The notes under the pieces: generated by a model
Database searches by the model: none
What the model was told of the DNA's origin: nothing
The model's input: only the letters and a program-made list of their open reading frames with translations
Shown: positions 1 through 15,000 of the stretch, one piece after another
Layout: every line of letters begins with the position of its first letter
Position numbering within the stretch: the first letter of the stretch is position 1
Position numbers and translations under genes: made by a program
Source: Tubulanus polymorphus
Taxonomy: Eukaryota > Animalia > Nemertea
DNA: 64,000 bases
Reading direction: 5' to 3'
Assembly (NCBI RefSeq): GCF_964204645.1
Contig: NC_134029.1
Location: 4,836,001-4,900,000 of the forward strand

Positions 1-3000
1 TCACAACTTGCAGACGGGGAAAGATGCACACTTCAGTTTCGTTGTGCAATAATTTTCATCTCACTTCAGCTCGGACGAAGTAGAGATTCTTCACATTTTT
101 TTTCTGCGTGTGCGATTACATGGAAACGATATATCGACGTATTATTAGCCAAATTAGTTACCGAACGATCTATTTTTGGTAACGCGTCAGCGTCAGTCTG
201 ATGTCCATATCGCCCATTCTCATCGCAAACATACAGAAGTCTGGATAGGTCCTTTTTTAATCATTCGGAGTACGAATTTTTTAGGAAAAAAATTGGAGGG
301 ATAAGAAAAGAGAAAATTCATTGTTTTATATGATTTTATTGGTAGAATTCTGGATGGTTTTCTATCACAGCTGTTAGTTTGAAAAAAAAGACATTCGAGT
401 CAGCTGGAAGGACGTCGAGTAGAAAATATCGCACTTTACTGGACATTGAAAACAGTTTCATGGAAAAATGGTACTTCGTCAACAGCCACGATGTTGAAAT
501 TCCATTGAACAAGCTTTTGAGAGATCGACATTTTCTGATTTCCTACTGGGAGATTTTCCATTATTCATCACCACATCCTCCACGCTTTAGGGGTGTTCAT
601 TCAACAATCCAGCGTTGAATAAGAATCAGGCTCCGTTTTGAAATGCATCTAAATTATAATGACCCCGACTGAAATTTCGTTGATTTCCGACTGAACCAGA
701 ACCACCACGCGATGGTGCTAGAAATTCCTAACACGTCTTCGATTCGAATTTCGAACGTCATCGTCAACTATTACAATCTGAAGTCAATTTGATGTTCATG
801 GTTTTCCATATGAACAACAATTTCAGGCTATTGAATGCGCGGGGATGCGGCATTAGCGTGATAGTCAAGTGAATGCCAAACTATTCGATCAATTTTATAG
901 CAATGCATATTTCTAATTAAAAAGGAATTGAGGTTATTTATCTACGGATATCGGGATACTACACAATAAGCATCTAATTAATGTACACCGAGGGAGGGAG
1001 AGATGCCGAGGCCAGAGGGTGACTTTGTACTATGAGGAGGTCGGGAGAAACTAAGGTATTCGAGGTTGTATTACGCCTTCGTAATTGATGCTAGTAATTC
1101 GAGTATTATCAAAGGGACACTTCTTAGTATTTCGTTTACTAAAATATTGGATCATCGTGATGTACATAAGTATACAATTATGAATGGAAACCACCGAGCG
1201 ATATCCGACCGTCAACACTAAGGACCAATATCTGGAACATCCATTTGTGTTTACTTGTCTACTGCTGGTTGCGAGACTTTCCATACATAGCGACGAGAGA
1301 TTTCGCAATACGGTCGTTTCAAAATTTCGGGATCTGTCGGGTAAATAATCAGGTTCCCTTTATGCATGACTGCCGCACAACCTCTGTAGGTCCCAGCTGA
1401 AACGAAGAAAACCTAGATAACTAAATTCTTTTTGCGAAAAAAAAACACGACATTAGTTCCGTCACGTTTGGTGCAATTATGTATAGATGATCAGATGAAA
1501 GTTGCAGAAGACCAAGCGATGAGTGCGTGATATATTGAATAATTTCTCGTTTCTCAGAACTGACAGAGCTTCACTGATCCTGCGATCATGGTTAGTTTGT
1601 CTTTACTTTCATCCGCGCATATATACGCATATACGGTGCTGATACTAGCGAACCAGCACAGTTTGGATGTTTAAGGATTAGCCTAGTCTCTTACGCTATG
1701 GCGATTTCTATCAAACATCTTCGCCACAAATCCCCAGTTAACTAACCTTGTACAGTAGAGTGGACAGTTATTGGGAGGACTGACGCTTTCGGTTCATCTT
1801 GTCTGTTTGCTGATGTACTTTTAAAGCGAAAATGATTGTTGTTTGTCGGCCGTGGTATTTTTCGCCAATATTGCGCGGGATTAAGTTCCGAACGAGGATG
1901 AAAAGACAGACTAGTTCAAGGGTTCGCAGATATACTACGAAGATAGCTCTTTGCTGTTATCAAATGCCTGTCTGGGCTCTAGAATGGGTTGTCCTTGTGG
2001 GTTAATAACTAGCCCCGAGCAGTTATTCGCAAATCGTATATAACAACATAATCGTCACCGTTTGGATATTGAGAGTCGTTATCAATAAATTTGCAAGGCG
2101 CGTCGACTAAACAGCCGTAATTATAATTGATTCGTATTAATTTCTTAAGTAATCAAGTTTTATCCGACGGACGAGACAACTATATCGATTTTGTTAATAC
2201 CATCATAGGTAAGTTACTGGGTTCACTAGTCGGAGTTGGGTCAGTGTGCACCAATGGTTGATATATATATAACCTATGACCTTTTGCTGCTTGTCGATTC
2301 CGAGTCGTGACAAAAAGCACCTCGCTCGAATTTCGTAGGTAGAAATATGCGTACTTCATTCCCGTGCCTTCGGGCAACGTCATTATTACGCAAACGATGG
2401 AATGCAATTCATATTCAAATATGTAGTAGTATCGTTGTAGAGAAATTTAGCGTAAACGAAGTTGTTATTCCAACAGCGGATATCAGTCAATCTGAATTTT
2501 CGTGAATAGCATCACACCGTCGTCTAGATCCAATCAAAACAGCCTGAAAATCGGAAATATGCCATATTCGTGGATTTATAGGAAAATGAAAGAAATTGTT
2601 GTTTTCCCGGCATCGAAACTCCGTCTGTAGATACATATTTTGTGATTCGTGGCAAACGTGTCGACGTCGATATGCGCTTGATTTATGCAAATTTTTGTTG
2701 AAAAAAAACGAGATTGGTTTCGGTATAGTGGGCGGCAAAACAAAATCGAATTACTGCTTGTTGTCAAATGAGTAAGACTTGGTAATTTAATAAGTGCCCC
2801 CGTCGTGAACTTCATCCGAATACAAAATCATAGCCACACGTACCAGTTATTACCTTGCCTTTAATTTAGTTTGACTTTCATCATTCCTGCAATCATCTCA
2901 CGCAAAACACCCTCGACGTGTGTATATATATAGGCTTCATACAATATTTATCACTTCATATCAATCACAAATCTAATAAAATATCATGGAACCGTTTGCC

Positions 3001-6000
3001 GTCAATATAACACGTAAACCGCCTTAAAACCGGAAAAATATCAGCCGTCGTAAGACATATTCTACCCTTTAATACGCACAAACACCACCCGATATTACAT
3101 GCCTCAAAGATACATGATATCATTCCATTTGGTTCCGTCTAATTGGAAATAGTTGCTAAGTCTGTGAAATAAAACGCTCCCTGAAAACAGCGTTCGTGCA
3201 CTCACTTAACGCGCATACCTGATTTATTTCACTTTCCGAGTGTCTTTGCCGCCGTGAAAGCGGAACCCGGCTCTATTTACGTCGCTATCGTTGTTTGTAC
3301 AATGCGTTTTGACGTGAACGACGTTGAAAACGAAGATAAAACGTCAGGTAAGACGTCACCAGCGATGCGTTAACGTCTCTGCGATGTTTCCGAGCGTTTT
3401 GACGGATTAAACAAACATAATCATCGCTGTAATAAACGTTTTAACTATCGATGCAGTCAAGTCAAACCGAAGGCCAATGGCTCTTACAAATCATCCAATA
3501 TCCAGATGATTTTACCGAGAACTATCAGTGACCTTGGCACGACTATTACTTCATTACTTCACCGAGTTCATTATAGCATGGTAAAAGAAAATCACGGGAA
3601 TATTATTTCAACCGCTTCTTTGATTTGGTTTCTGTCATCATCAATTCTCTTCAAATACGGACTTCTATGAACGTTTGGTCATCTTATACTATGTGTTTTA
3701 TCCTTAGAGGAAATTGCCTCCATTTTCGTACGGCGGGAGCGTGTCTAATAGCAGACGATAAAAGGTCCACATACCGGTAGGGGTTTGTGACGTCGCGTTG
3801 TCGGCTTGTCTGCAGGTGTCGGCTTGCTGGCGATAAAAAACTAATTTACTTCCGAAACTCAAACCGATAGGTTACTGTGAGAGATAAGACTAGTGACTGA
3901 TAAGACAGTTCACACGCTGTAAAAGATTGATGTCTTTATAATTCCCGAGGCAATTTTGAAACGCACGCGATTTCTAGCGAAATCATTACAGAACAGAAAC
4001 ACATACACATGAAGAAAAGTATCCTTCTATATTTCCCTGATGTTTTGCTGAAAGTAGCGATTATCTGTGTGCTCGAATTAGTCGTAGACTTGTATTGATA
4101 AAGTAGCAACTTAATATCAATAATTCAGTTTGTATTACAGTCGATGAACCAATCGACAGATTCAGTAATTTCTTGAGCGTCTTCAAAACATTTACCTTCA
4201 CCAAATTGAATTATACTTTTTAGTTGTTTGCATTATTGTCAAATCGTTTTTAAATATTTGACGAGCGCTTGAAGCCCGAAGCAGATCGTTTGAAATGTGT
4301 TTTTAAATCTGTACCTTAGCTCTGGCTGTCGGCTTCGACAGAAGGAGGTGAGTAGGCTGTAGCTGATCAAAGAGGTCCCGCTATAAAACTGCGTGATCGC
4401 ATAAAGAATGTCTCTACGTCGAGTGACAATTACATCAGCTTCAGGGTTGTTTAAAATTCAGCAGACATTTTTTTCAGAAAGTTTTCATTACGGAAATCGT
4501 CAACCCATATTTCTATTATTCCGCACAGCGAGCTAGTTTACAATCCTATGTGGTTCTCGAAAGCCATCTTCGACTTAACAATTGCAATTATTGTATTTCC
4601 CCTACAAAAAAGACATTTGCACAGAACACAAAAAAAAACAGCGTTGAAGCGTTTGGGTTTTAGATACTCACTTTCCCGGTTTGAAAGAAACAACCGTTCG
4701 TTCAGTGACCTAGTTGATGTTCTATCGCCATCGGGTGGTTTCAAACGATTTGAATTTCTAAGTTGTTATCTGGATTTTAAAAATTGAGTCCGGGTATTTG
4801 GGTATTAGTCCCACTGTCACTTACACCGTCAATTGTACAGGGAAAAGCTGAAGTAGAAAATACCATCATAGACGCATTGGATTAGTGATGAAATATAGCC
4901 GTTACCTGAGGCTCATGTTAATCCTGCGTTCGTTTTATTTTATCTCGTTGATTAATGTCATAGTCAGCGGTTTGCAGAGAATATTGGCCGAATTCATTAT
5001 TTGTATGAGAGAATTATATTAAACATTAAGATCGGTCACAAAAAGGAACTGTTCGCCAAGAGGGTACAAAACGATCTTGCTTGTTTTTCGTGGTGAAAAA
5101 ATGGTAGTTTTCATGGTGGAAAAATTTTGTTTTTTCACGAGAAAGAAACGGCGCCGTATGTACTGGTGCTGATTATCAACTAGGCCTAACGCTGTGTAAA
5201 AAGGATCATTTAATGCATTATTAACCATCCTGACCGATGACCATTGCCGAGGAATTCCCATGTGATTTCCGTAAGCACCGAGGCTAGCCGCAGTATCGAC
5301 CTAAAACTCGCTTGCCACGAGAGGAATTATCGCAGGGACAGGCATATTTTTTTAGACTTAGTTTTAATCAATATTCATTGGCGACACCGAATGATAGACT
5401 GTCTGTATATTTACGCCAGTCTGACGATCGCCTGATTTCGTCGTAGAAGGAGTAATGTTTTTATCGTACGCACACGAATGGCCATTGTAAGTTGCATTAC
5501 CTACGTCTTGTTCTCGTAGGAGAGTGATCCGTTTGTGTTCATCAACCGTTAAAGGTAGTTGTTTGTGGCGTGACTTTTCTGGACACGCGAATTACTTGTT
5601 ATTTGTCGAGCAAAGATGAGCGAAAAATGCGTGGCCGGCAATATTTGCCGGTGAAGAGCGCAGCAGTCACCGCCTGACCAGTGTTTCCCCTGAAGGGAAA
5701 TAAAGCAATTATAGCTGAACATCTCGTAGACGACGGCGAAGGAAGACATTCGTTCTCTTCCGCCATTCTCATCTCATCCCCAGAATTACCATCTTACACT
5801 CGGAATCAGAACACCCGCAGTCGTCGCAGGAAAAATGACTTATCCACCCGCAGTTGACACTAGCTAAATCCATTCCGCCAACCAGTCCCTATCCACCACA
5901 ACACACGCACTATTTTCGTATATCCTCATTTACGCTAAACATCCAGATAACATTATTGCACCTTTGTCGCCATATTTAGCTCCGATAAAACGATAGCGAT

Positions 6001-9000
6001 ATATTTGTTCAAATATATGCAATTTGTAGCATACCGTATATAGCACGAAGGTATATTTCTACCAAAGGCATTTGTCAATTTGTGGCAATATTTGCGAACA
6101 AATTGAATCAGGCATCGCGTGAAATGAAGAAAAAACTCCATCGATTGGTTACTTCGAAAAACGATGCTTTGAAAATGTTATTTCATCTGTTTCTGTTTAT
6201 TGGTTATACGTAATTCACATAGAGGACGTGTCCGACATCATTTAGAACACGAAGATGTCATCAAAGATTACGACATACCAGAAGGACTCTTCCTGTTACA
6301 CGGACTCGAGTTACTTTGCAAACGCTTTCTTTCATCTTGAAGCACGCTTTACAATACGTTCTTGATCCGAGTGAAGTCGTTCAGTGAGTTAATTTAAGAA
6401 GTCTAAATCGAATTGAAAGCCATTAGTGCCACGTGCGTAAAATCCTTTATACGTAAATTCATTAATTGTATAGACAGTCTGTGTTTTAGGAACTGTGTCT
6501 AGGGGATGCGTCGTCTACGTGCTTCAACGTGGGTTCAACCGGATTACTCGGAGTTCCCTCATACCACCTCACCACACGCCTAAAGCGTATTGTTTTGTGT
6601 CCTTCTCAATTTCCATCTTATGAGAATCATCTTGGATTTCGGATACTGGTGCTATCGAAATATAATTATTTGTTTCTATTTGAGAATCGCTAAATAAATG
6701 CTTTGTATACGGGCCAATTGCAATTACTTTTTATGTAACGCCATCCTAGAAAAAATTCGATGGTATTTCAACAACGTATTCAAAATCTTACAACGTTAAT
6801 TTCGGATACTGAAACCAGTAGTTCTTTTTTTATTCGTGACTAAATCAGACAACAGATGGTGCTGAGGTATTTTCAGTCATGCCGTCATCAGTCACCATCA
6901 GACAACATCTGACTAAAATACGAATGGCCTACGGCTAGTTTTAAATTCTGTATCCAATCGCCTTTTTAGTCATGCGCTCATCAGACACCAGACTAAAAGA
7001 AACTACCTCAGTGCCACCTGACGGCATGACGAAAATAATTGCTTACAGAATTTAAAACTAGTTGCTGAAAATCTCGCATCGGTTTCAGAACCAAAAACTA
7101 ACTGTGTAAGATTGTTGATTTTTTTGTACGATTGTGAACGGATTGTTGAACTACTTTGCCTGGATGGCGTTCCATAGACTTGTATATGGGATAAGCGCAT
7201 GTTTTGCCTGTAGTAGTCGGTGGTGCTTATTTTGCGTGCGGCATATTGCGCACAAAACTCGATTGACTCGCGACTTCTGCTTGTGTGATGAACTACTACT
7301 CATTAGATGGCGAATAAATTCAATTACGGAAGAATAAATGATTTCATAGTTCGTCGTATTCCGCATTGACAGCTGTTTATCAGCGCGCACGCGCCTCATC
7401 ACATAGAAAAAAAAAACAGCACACGTCGCAATCTCAAAAGCGCCCGATCAATGCGTCGAATCTCAATTCACTAACGAAATATCAAATATAAATTTCATGC
7501 ATAGAGTTATCACTGACATTGTTGGTCTAAAAGAATCTCGATTAGCGAGGTTGATATAACGAAACGCTGTGTACGTTTTAATCTAAAATCCCACACTAAC
7601 AAAGAGTGGCGAAAGATTTCTTTGAGTCGATAGGTTATTTCAACCTTTCGACTTTATCCTGATAGTCATCTTCAGGAATACTGAATGATTTCATTCACTT
7701 TTATATGAAGATTTTACAAAATTGATGGATAAACAGTACACGCATTAAAATGCATTAGTGTAGACCACGAATTGCTTTGAAGCATGCAACAAATTTGCTT
7801 ATACCAGTGGAAACTACCCTCCGAAAAGAATGCTAGAAATGTGTAATTCTGATTCCAAAAAGAAACTTGAGCCAAATTGAATATAATATGAATGATTTGA
7901 TGTTTTCCCAATTTTTCATCGTGGAATTTGCAATGGCTGAAGTAGATTGACGATTGCAAGAGGTGAAAACCATAACGCACTTTTTTCAAGAACAACGAGA
8001 AAGATACCCGAGCCGTATTACATGTACAACATCGCTTTGCGTTTGGCTCAGAATTTTGACAGCAATTTGTTCTTGTGCTGGAATACTTAGTCGTATATGG
8101 AGCAGTCGCATTTATGGTAATTTCCGTTCTAGCCGACTGACTTGACAGTTCACAAACACGGACCGACATGATAAACAACATTCATAATACATTTGCCTCT
8201 TATCTCGTCTTGTCTTACCTTTGCCTCGTAGCCCCCTTCATCCCTGATTGCAATAACAAACACTCGCGGATCAGTGATCTGACATGGTCAGAGAAAATGT
8301 GGAGCAATCTCTGGATTCAGTTGCACGCCTTGGCTTAATTTCCAAATTGTTTTTTCAGTCATGGGTTTATGAAATACTATAGAAACAGATGGTGTTTTGG
8401 TGCTTTGAATGTTTAACTGTTCTCGGTCGTTATAAGCTGACTAAGATTGACGATTAGAGTCGTCTTATTCCAACGGAGTCAGGTATCGGTGAGACATGCA
8501 CCACCTAGAAACCGGTGATAACACTTTGACAGATTGGCATCTGAAATATCAAAATATGGTCCGATAGATGAGGGAGACTTTTTATTTCATTTACTCGATG
8601 AGAAAATGGCGTTCGCTTCGACCGGGCGTTATTTTCTCGCTTATTTCGATTGCCCATTTGATAAATGAATGTCTGGTCGGTCTGTTCGAGAAAAAAGTCG
8701 ATCTAACATGAAAACGGTGTTGATTTATTCGCTCTAGGATTTACCTAGTGCGTTTTATTCTAGGTAACCGGCACATTACAACCTATGTATGTGTAGCTAT
8801 CCCGATGGGGATACGGATCCGTGTACATGATGTCAGATGATGGATTAATTCCTATGAATGGTAATCGAGAATTACTAACAATATTCAACCCGTGAGAATT
8901 GACTTGTCGATATTCTGAATGATATACTCCGTGACCATCTAAACGGGTCTCGCACGCGTGTGAACTAGTCATTACACCGGCTTTCTTGTCATTGCAGTAC

Positions 9001-12000
9001 ACGAAGTTTGCTTCTGAATGACTTTTAGTCACAGTTTATTTTCTCAATTTATCACGAAATGCGGTAAAAGATTGGCTTTGCTGTCATAACTGCTTCCTGG
9101 TTACAATGATTTCTGTTTATGTATTCGTATGAAATGTTTGCGAAAGTCTGACCCGCCATAACCGGGTAAAAACGAAACATCGAATAAGAGAAGACTGAAG
9201 TAACGGAACGACGATAAGATGGTAACTTTTCGACTATATGTCGATTCCCCCATTTCGATGGCGGAAAGTGTGATGTATGTACACATCAATAATGTTATAA
9301 CCATGACGGACACAGAAATACAACATTGATTCCCAATCGAATCGATACGAGTCCGCGTAGGGTCTACTCGACGTAAATCACACAGACTATACACATATAC
9401 ATGTGCTGGACGCCTCGTCTGATTTGGTGTTATTTAGCCAATTAACTAAGGACATGATTGTGAATTAGGGGAACCTTGATTAACGAGGCGTGCTTATCAT
9501 CCGTGTGTGAACATCGATCAATCTTGTGCAAACCCGGACGTCATTTTTCGCCATGACGGACACCGACTTTTACCGCCAATTATGGCGCCACGACCAGTCC
9601 TTTTAATCCGGGTGATTTGGCATCAGAAATCGAATTCATCCTTCTGAAACAGTGAAAAAATGCTCAGGAGAAAAATAGGCGTAGAATCAAACTCTGTTTG
9701 GCTGAAACCTGGTCAATATGGTATCAAGCATTTCAAATGGTCAGGCTCAGTCACTGGTGACTCTCGTTGGATCAGGTTATTCACGGGCATAAATTCTATA
9801 TAGAATAACAATCGATTTAGAACGTAAAATCCTTTAGAAAGATAGCCGAGATTTTCCTGGTATTATACACAAATTCTCGTTTCGAAAATTGACAACAGAT
9901 TGTATTGAGTCGTCGCGACGCCGATGGTGACGAACTTCACTCTTTCTCGTACTCCAATTGCCTGGGGATCGCAATCTTTAGAATTCATATTATCCGGTTG
10001 TCGATTGGAAATTAATTTCCATCTACTTTATAGTTCAAACCTAGCGAAGAAACCTTGAAACATGCGAACAACGAAAGTTCAATTGAGATAGCGATCTGAC
10101 GATAATCTTAATAATTCTTTTCACGAATTTGTACATCGCTTCGTTTCGCCGGCGCTCGCACAGACTATTCAGACACGATTTTCAAAGGATTGGCATTTGA
10201 TTAATTCTGGTGTCTAACACACATTCATATATTCAATTTAACGTTCAGATTTGGTTGAAGATTATTCGTGGCATTTGGCAGATCGAACTGACCGTGCACA
10301 AGTGCCGTACTCCGGATCAGTAATTATGAACTAGTGAGCTTCCTCTTCAATACTTTGCTTGACGGAAATTGACATTTTATCAGTATTACCCGCGTGTGTA
10401 TTCACCGCTACTCACTAATTGTACGGTAAAATACGAAGATGATTTCTTTCTCGCCGAAGCTTAGCGCAATTTCCGGTCAACCAATACACTTCCGGTCATC
10501 GGTAAGGGTTCTGTTTGGTCTGGCGTCGTGAAAGAGTTCCCTAAAGGTTTAAGGTGTTTATCCCTGACGCCAGAAGAACGCGTTAGTCATATCGCTGCTT
10601 TATAACGAGACTAGCGACGAGTCTATATGCCCGATGTAGGAGTAGGAAATGTCGTTGTGCAGATACCCGGATGTCATCGTTCATATAAAATGGCTTCTGC
10701 CAAAGTGATCAAATCAGCGACTACACGATTCTGATTATACGATCGGGATTAACCACTACCGCACCGACGCTTCCACATGCCAGGGGCCGATCCCTGTGAT
10801 AATCAGACCAAAACCGGCGTTACATACTGCGTGGCACTTTGACCCATTTTGTAAATTGAGCGTCGTTCTGGGAAATTCTAGAAGATTTTACGTTCGAAAG
10901 GGAAATAAATCAGAAGGAAAAAAATAAGGAACTCATTTCGACTTTGTTCAGATGATTCCAGACATGAAGGCGGGATCATGGTTTGTCTTCATTTATCTTA
11001 TATGGTTCTGTTCCGCTTTCCTAGCTGGTTTACTGCGGTTTCATCGCGCGCCATGACAAAATTTTTGATTAATCGTTTGGTTCCAAATACATTTATTCAT
11101 TTCCGGCAAACTATATTTCAAAACCACGACGTTCGAATGATGTTTACAACAATGAGGAAGATGTTCTTCAGATTTCGACGAAAAGGTTGTGGTCATATAT
11201 CATCTACATGATGATGTATACATAACATGAAATACGAATCTGTTTGAATTCAAAATGGCGGATCTCTTGGTTAGTTATGTCTGCACGTAAATTAGACACA
11301 GCCTCGTCAGTTTATACGCAGGGAAAATCTTTTGAAACTTGGGTGTCGCCTGAATATCGGTTAATAGACCATTAGATGGGTTCACACACCTTCCGACTGT
11401 CAATTGGTTGACGACCGCCGTTGGAACTAATGGATGATAGACGTGTTACTGTGCAATATAAAACTGACAACGTTAAAAAGACACACGGCAATTCCAGTAG
11501 CGTTGATGAAAGGAGAAAAGAGGGAGAGACTCTAAGATTGCCGCAGGTCTTCTCATCAGGTGTGTACATACCGTTATGACCTGGGGCGTCATCCTTGGCC
11601 ATTGCGGTGTCTGATTTTGCGATGGAAGATCGTTTCGAGGACGACGTGGAAGTCAGGTGTGTTATAAGTCGCTAACCTCGTTGTACATGTATATACGTGA
11701 GGTGTCTATGAAAAAGGTTACACGGTGCTCGTTTGCTTTCGTAAAAACCGATGAATTCTGCCAATTAATTCGAGAAAGCCAATTGTTGAATGGTACTTTA
11801 TACGGGACGACCACATACTAGTATAGTACACTCAGTAGCGATCGTTTTCCATCCAGAGTGTGTTATTGAAAGACTATTTGACCGAGTATTAGCACCTCTG
11901 ATTCTGTCCTCTATCACACCTCATTAGCCTATAAAAACTGATTGCAATTTCGTCATATTCGGGGGAAAAGTGTAAAAAAAAGTACGCTAGAATGTTCCGT

Positions 12001-15000
12001 CCAACGAATATGCCATCACGGAACATTTGGTACCATTCGAAAGCTCGCTATCTTGGCTCCAGAGAATCAGGAATAAACTGACTTGTTCTTTAAAATTCTT
12101 GTCGACGAATAAAGCACTCCATTTATCCAAAGGTCTCGGCCACTACGTGCTTTCAAAAGCTTCGGGTTGAAGTCGCAAATTATCCCTTTCTCAAACTATT
12201 CGCCGAAAATCGATGAATACACGTCCAATTAATTTGTACTTATCGATTTCACTGTTGTCCATTATTTTCGTTTGGCGCTGGAAATCTAACCTCCATTTGT
12301 TCACTTACGATTATCTTTTTCTCGGTAAATTGGCGACGAATTGATTTCTGATTGCGTCCCGAACACGTGTTTCTGGTCGTATTCTATCGATTTCGGATAA
12401 TTGCTTATTTTCATACATATAGAACGTAATTAAAAAGAGTCGAAAATAAGTCCTAAGTAGATGTATTTGTATTGACCTTAATGTCTCGTGCATCGACGTC
12501 ATTTTGAAATTAAGTATTTCTGAGATCCTCGTTGCGGGTATCCGACGAGCAGGATCATTTATGCATAGGGAAATGGCAGTTTCGATAGAAAAATACACAT
12601 CTTCAAACAAGAATCCTTTGCACCCTATAAATCGTAAATGTCCAAATAACAATTCAATCCAAGAAACCCAAATCTACGTATTTATTCATCGGCCATTTAG
12701 ATATTCGACGTATGTCCATGAAGTGGGTGGCTTGCGGAACCCCACGACTTGACGATACTCCGTAAGTGCTTCTTTAGCCGACCAAATGCGCCCCCATATC
12801 GAGGATCTCGATGATTATGTAAATAATTCAGCCACCGGTCAAAAAGGTGACGTCCTTGAAGAGGCTGAGTCTATTTGATCTCGGTATTTGTAAAAATAAT
12901 CTAATCCTTGACCCGATCATCAAATCACGCGGTGCTTTTAAGCGTCAGGTTGAAAGAAGCATAATTTGGCTTATTGAAGATATGGTGGAAATAAGACACG
13001 AGCGAAAAAAACTGTGTTGACTGTTAAGTGGTTAGGTGATAAATAGCGTCAGTGATTTCCAGGTGAGAGGGATGCAATCATTGATGGTTATTGACGGTTA
13101 CTCCGTCGTATATGAGCCGTTCGGGTGCGTGGTAGCATCGATCGAACAAGTCAAACTCGGAAAGATGGACATTTCCTTCACCGCTTCGACTAATAATATA
13201 TGATTGGTTATCCTACCCGATGGTATGATGAGCGGTGAACGCAATCTTCGATAGCGGGATCGAGTTTGCGTGAGATGTGCGATAACTGATCGAGGAGGTA
13301 GAGCACTATTATGGTCAGAAAAAGTATCCCAGCATTTCATTAACTTTTTTATCGCTGCTATCAGTAGTAACTATGATATCGCCTGTATTGATCGGCCACG
13401 CGGTAATGGTGACCTATTTAGTCACACACCACTAAGTTGTAAATACAGTATCGATAGTTGATCATGTCGTGATCGTGATCAATTTTCTATCTTTCCGTGT
13501 TCCTGTCTACAGGTCGTAACACCGAATGGGTTTCTTATACAAATAACTTAACCGGCAATTGCAATTCGAAAGCTCGAAGAGAACGCCCTCTGGTGATATA
13601 AGAATAAAATTTAGATTTTAAAGAAAAACCCGGGAGCCGCGACGCTAGCTGTCCCGCCAGAGGTCGTGACGAGCACTCAGACGTGATGTTGTCAAAATTA
13701 ATTCGTTTTGAAACTACTTTGAACTAAAAACATTTCGTTTAAGGTTTCACCACACCGAAAATATAGTTATTTCTGAATATGTCACCTCCGGGCCTCCGTA
13801 AAATGTGGAATGAATTGAACACGGAAGACCGAGATACTACTAGCGAACCTGGTGCATCCTCGCTTGCCATAAGTGGAATCGTCGATTGCGACACTAACGT
13901 TGGAGCTTCCCTATTGCTTCAGCAATTTCTAAATGCTATTTCTCATCGTCTGGAATCGAAAAGGATTTTTGCATTTAGAATCTTTAAAAGGTTTCGCCGA
14001 TTCGCTCAGACGAAGCCTACACCACACTACCTCGACAATCACTGACGATGTCAGATGAATTCGAATGTTGATTTTTTTTCTTACGTCAAACGCACATGAC
14101 TGACTCACTGTAAAATGCGCTAGAAAACAGTTACCTTCGATGGAACACCGATAATTTCGCGTAGTGCTTTATTCAAATTAAGGCTCGTTCGGCTGACTAA
14201 GACGCGTAGAACGCTCCATTCAACGAGGCCGCTTGTTGCAGTTATCGTGAATGAACATCCATCGGATAAAAGATTATGTGGTGGTGAAAGGGAAGTAATA
14301 GCAGTCTGGCAAGTGTCGTCAAGTTTATCGACGAATACTCACTACTTTTAGTCTCTTGTCTAGCGTTACCAATAGAATGCCAACGCTACAGAACGAAACA
14401 AGAATCACCAAAAACTTTAGCTGACTAGCAAACGTTGAATTTAAGTAAAAACTAACTTGCTTATGATAGTGATGCATGGCCGGTCTGACAGGGATTGTCT
14501 CGCTATGCCACCATTGTTTATGACGTAACCTACGGATTCGGACCAGATACTTAGTTATCTCCGTACATCGTATTTCATCCCGTGTATAATGGCTGATAAA
14601 ACCTTAGGTTGCTGTATTAATAGAATATAGAATGAAGCAATCGCTATCTTCCGTTTAAAGTAAGAGGTTGCACAACATCAATGCGATCTACACGTCTTTT
14701 GATCTTCTATTTGTCACTAAGAACTTTAGTTAATGATCATAAGAAAAAGTGCGTTACTTTTCTTTTTAAGTCGAGTTGCGATCAACAGATTCTCAATGAA
14801 ATGAGAAGAAAGATTGGTCTTAAGTGCATTTGGAACGTTTTGATTTAGCTTCAATTGGAATAAGTACAAACACAAAACGACATGTTTATATTAGTCTACT
14901 AAACAGGCCTTACTTAGTCCTACCGTACTCCATGGATGTAACTAATTTTCCTAGATGTCAGACGGAAAACCGTTGAGCTTCTCAATAGGCTGAATATATT

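Noticed and set aside
11579-13871. Identical octapeptide PGASSLAI encoded at 11579 and 13848 with synonymous differences
   Set aside because: The first copy is directly preceded by a stop, similarity does not extend, and one 8-aa match is plausible by chance in six frames of 64 kb.
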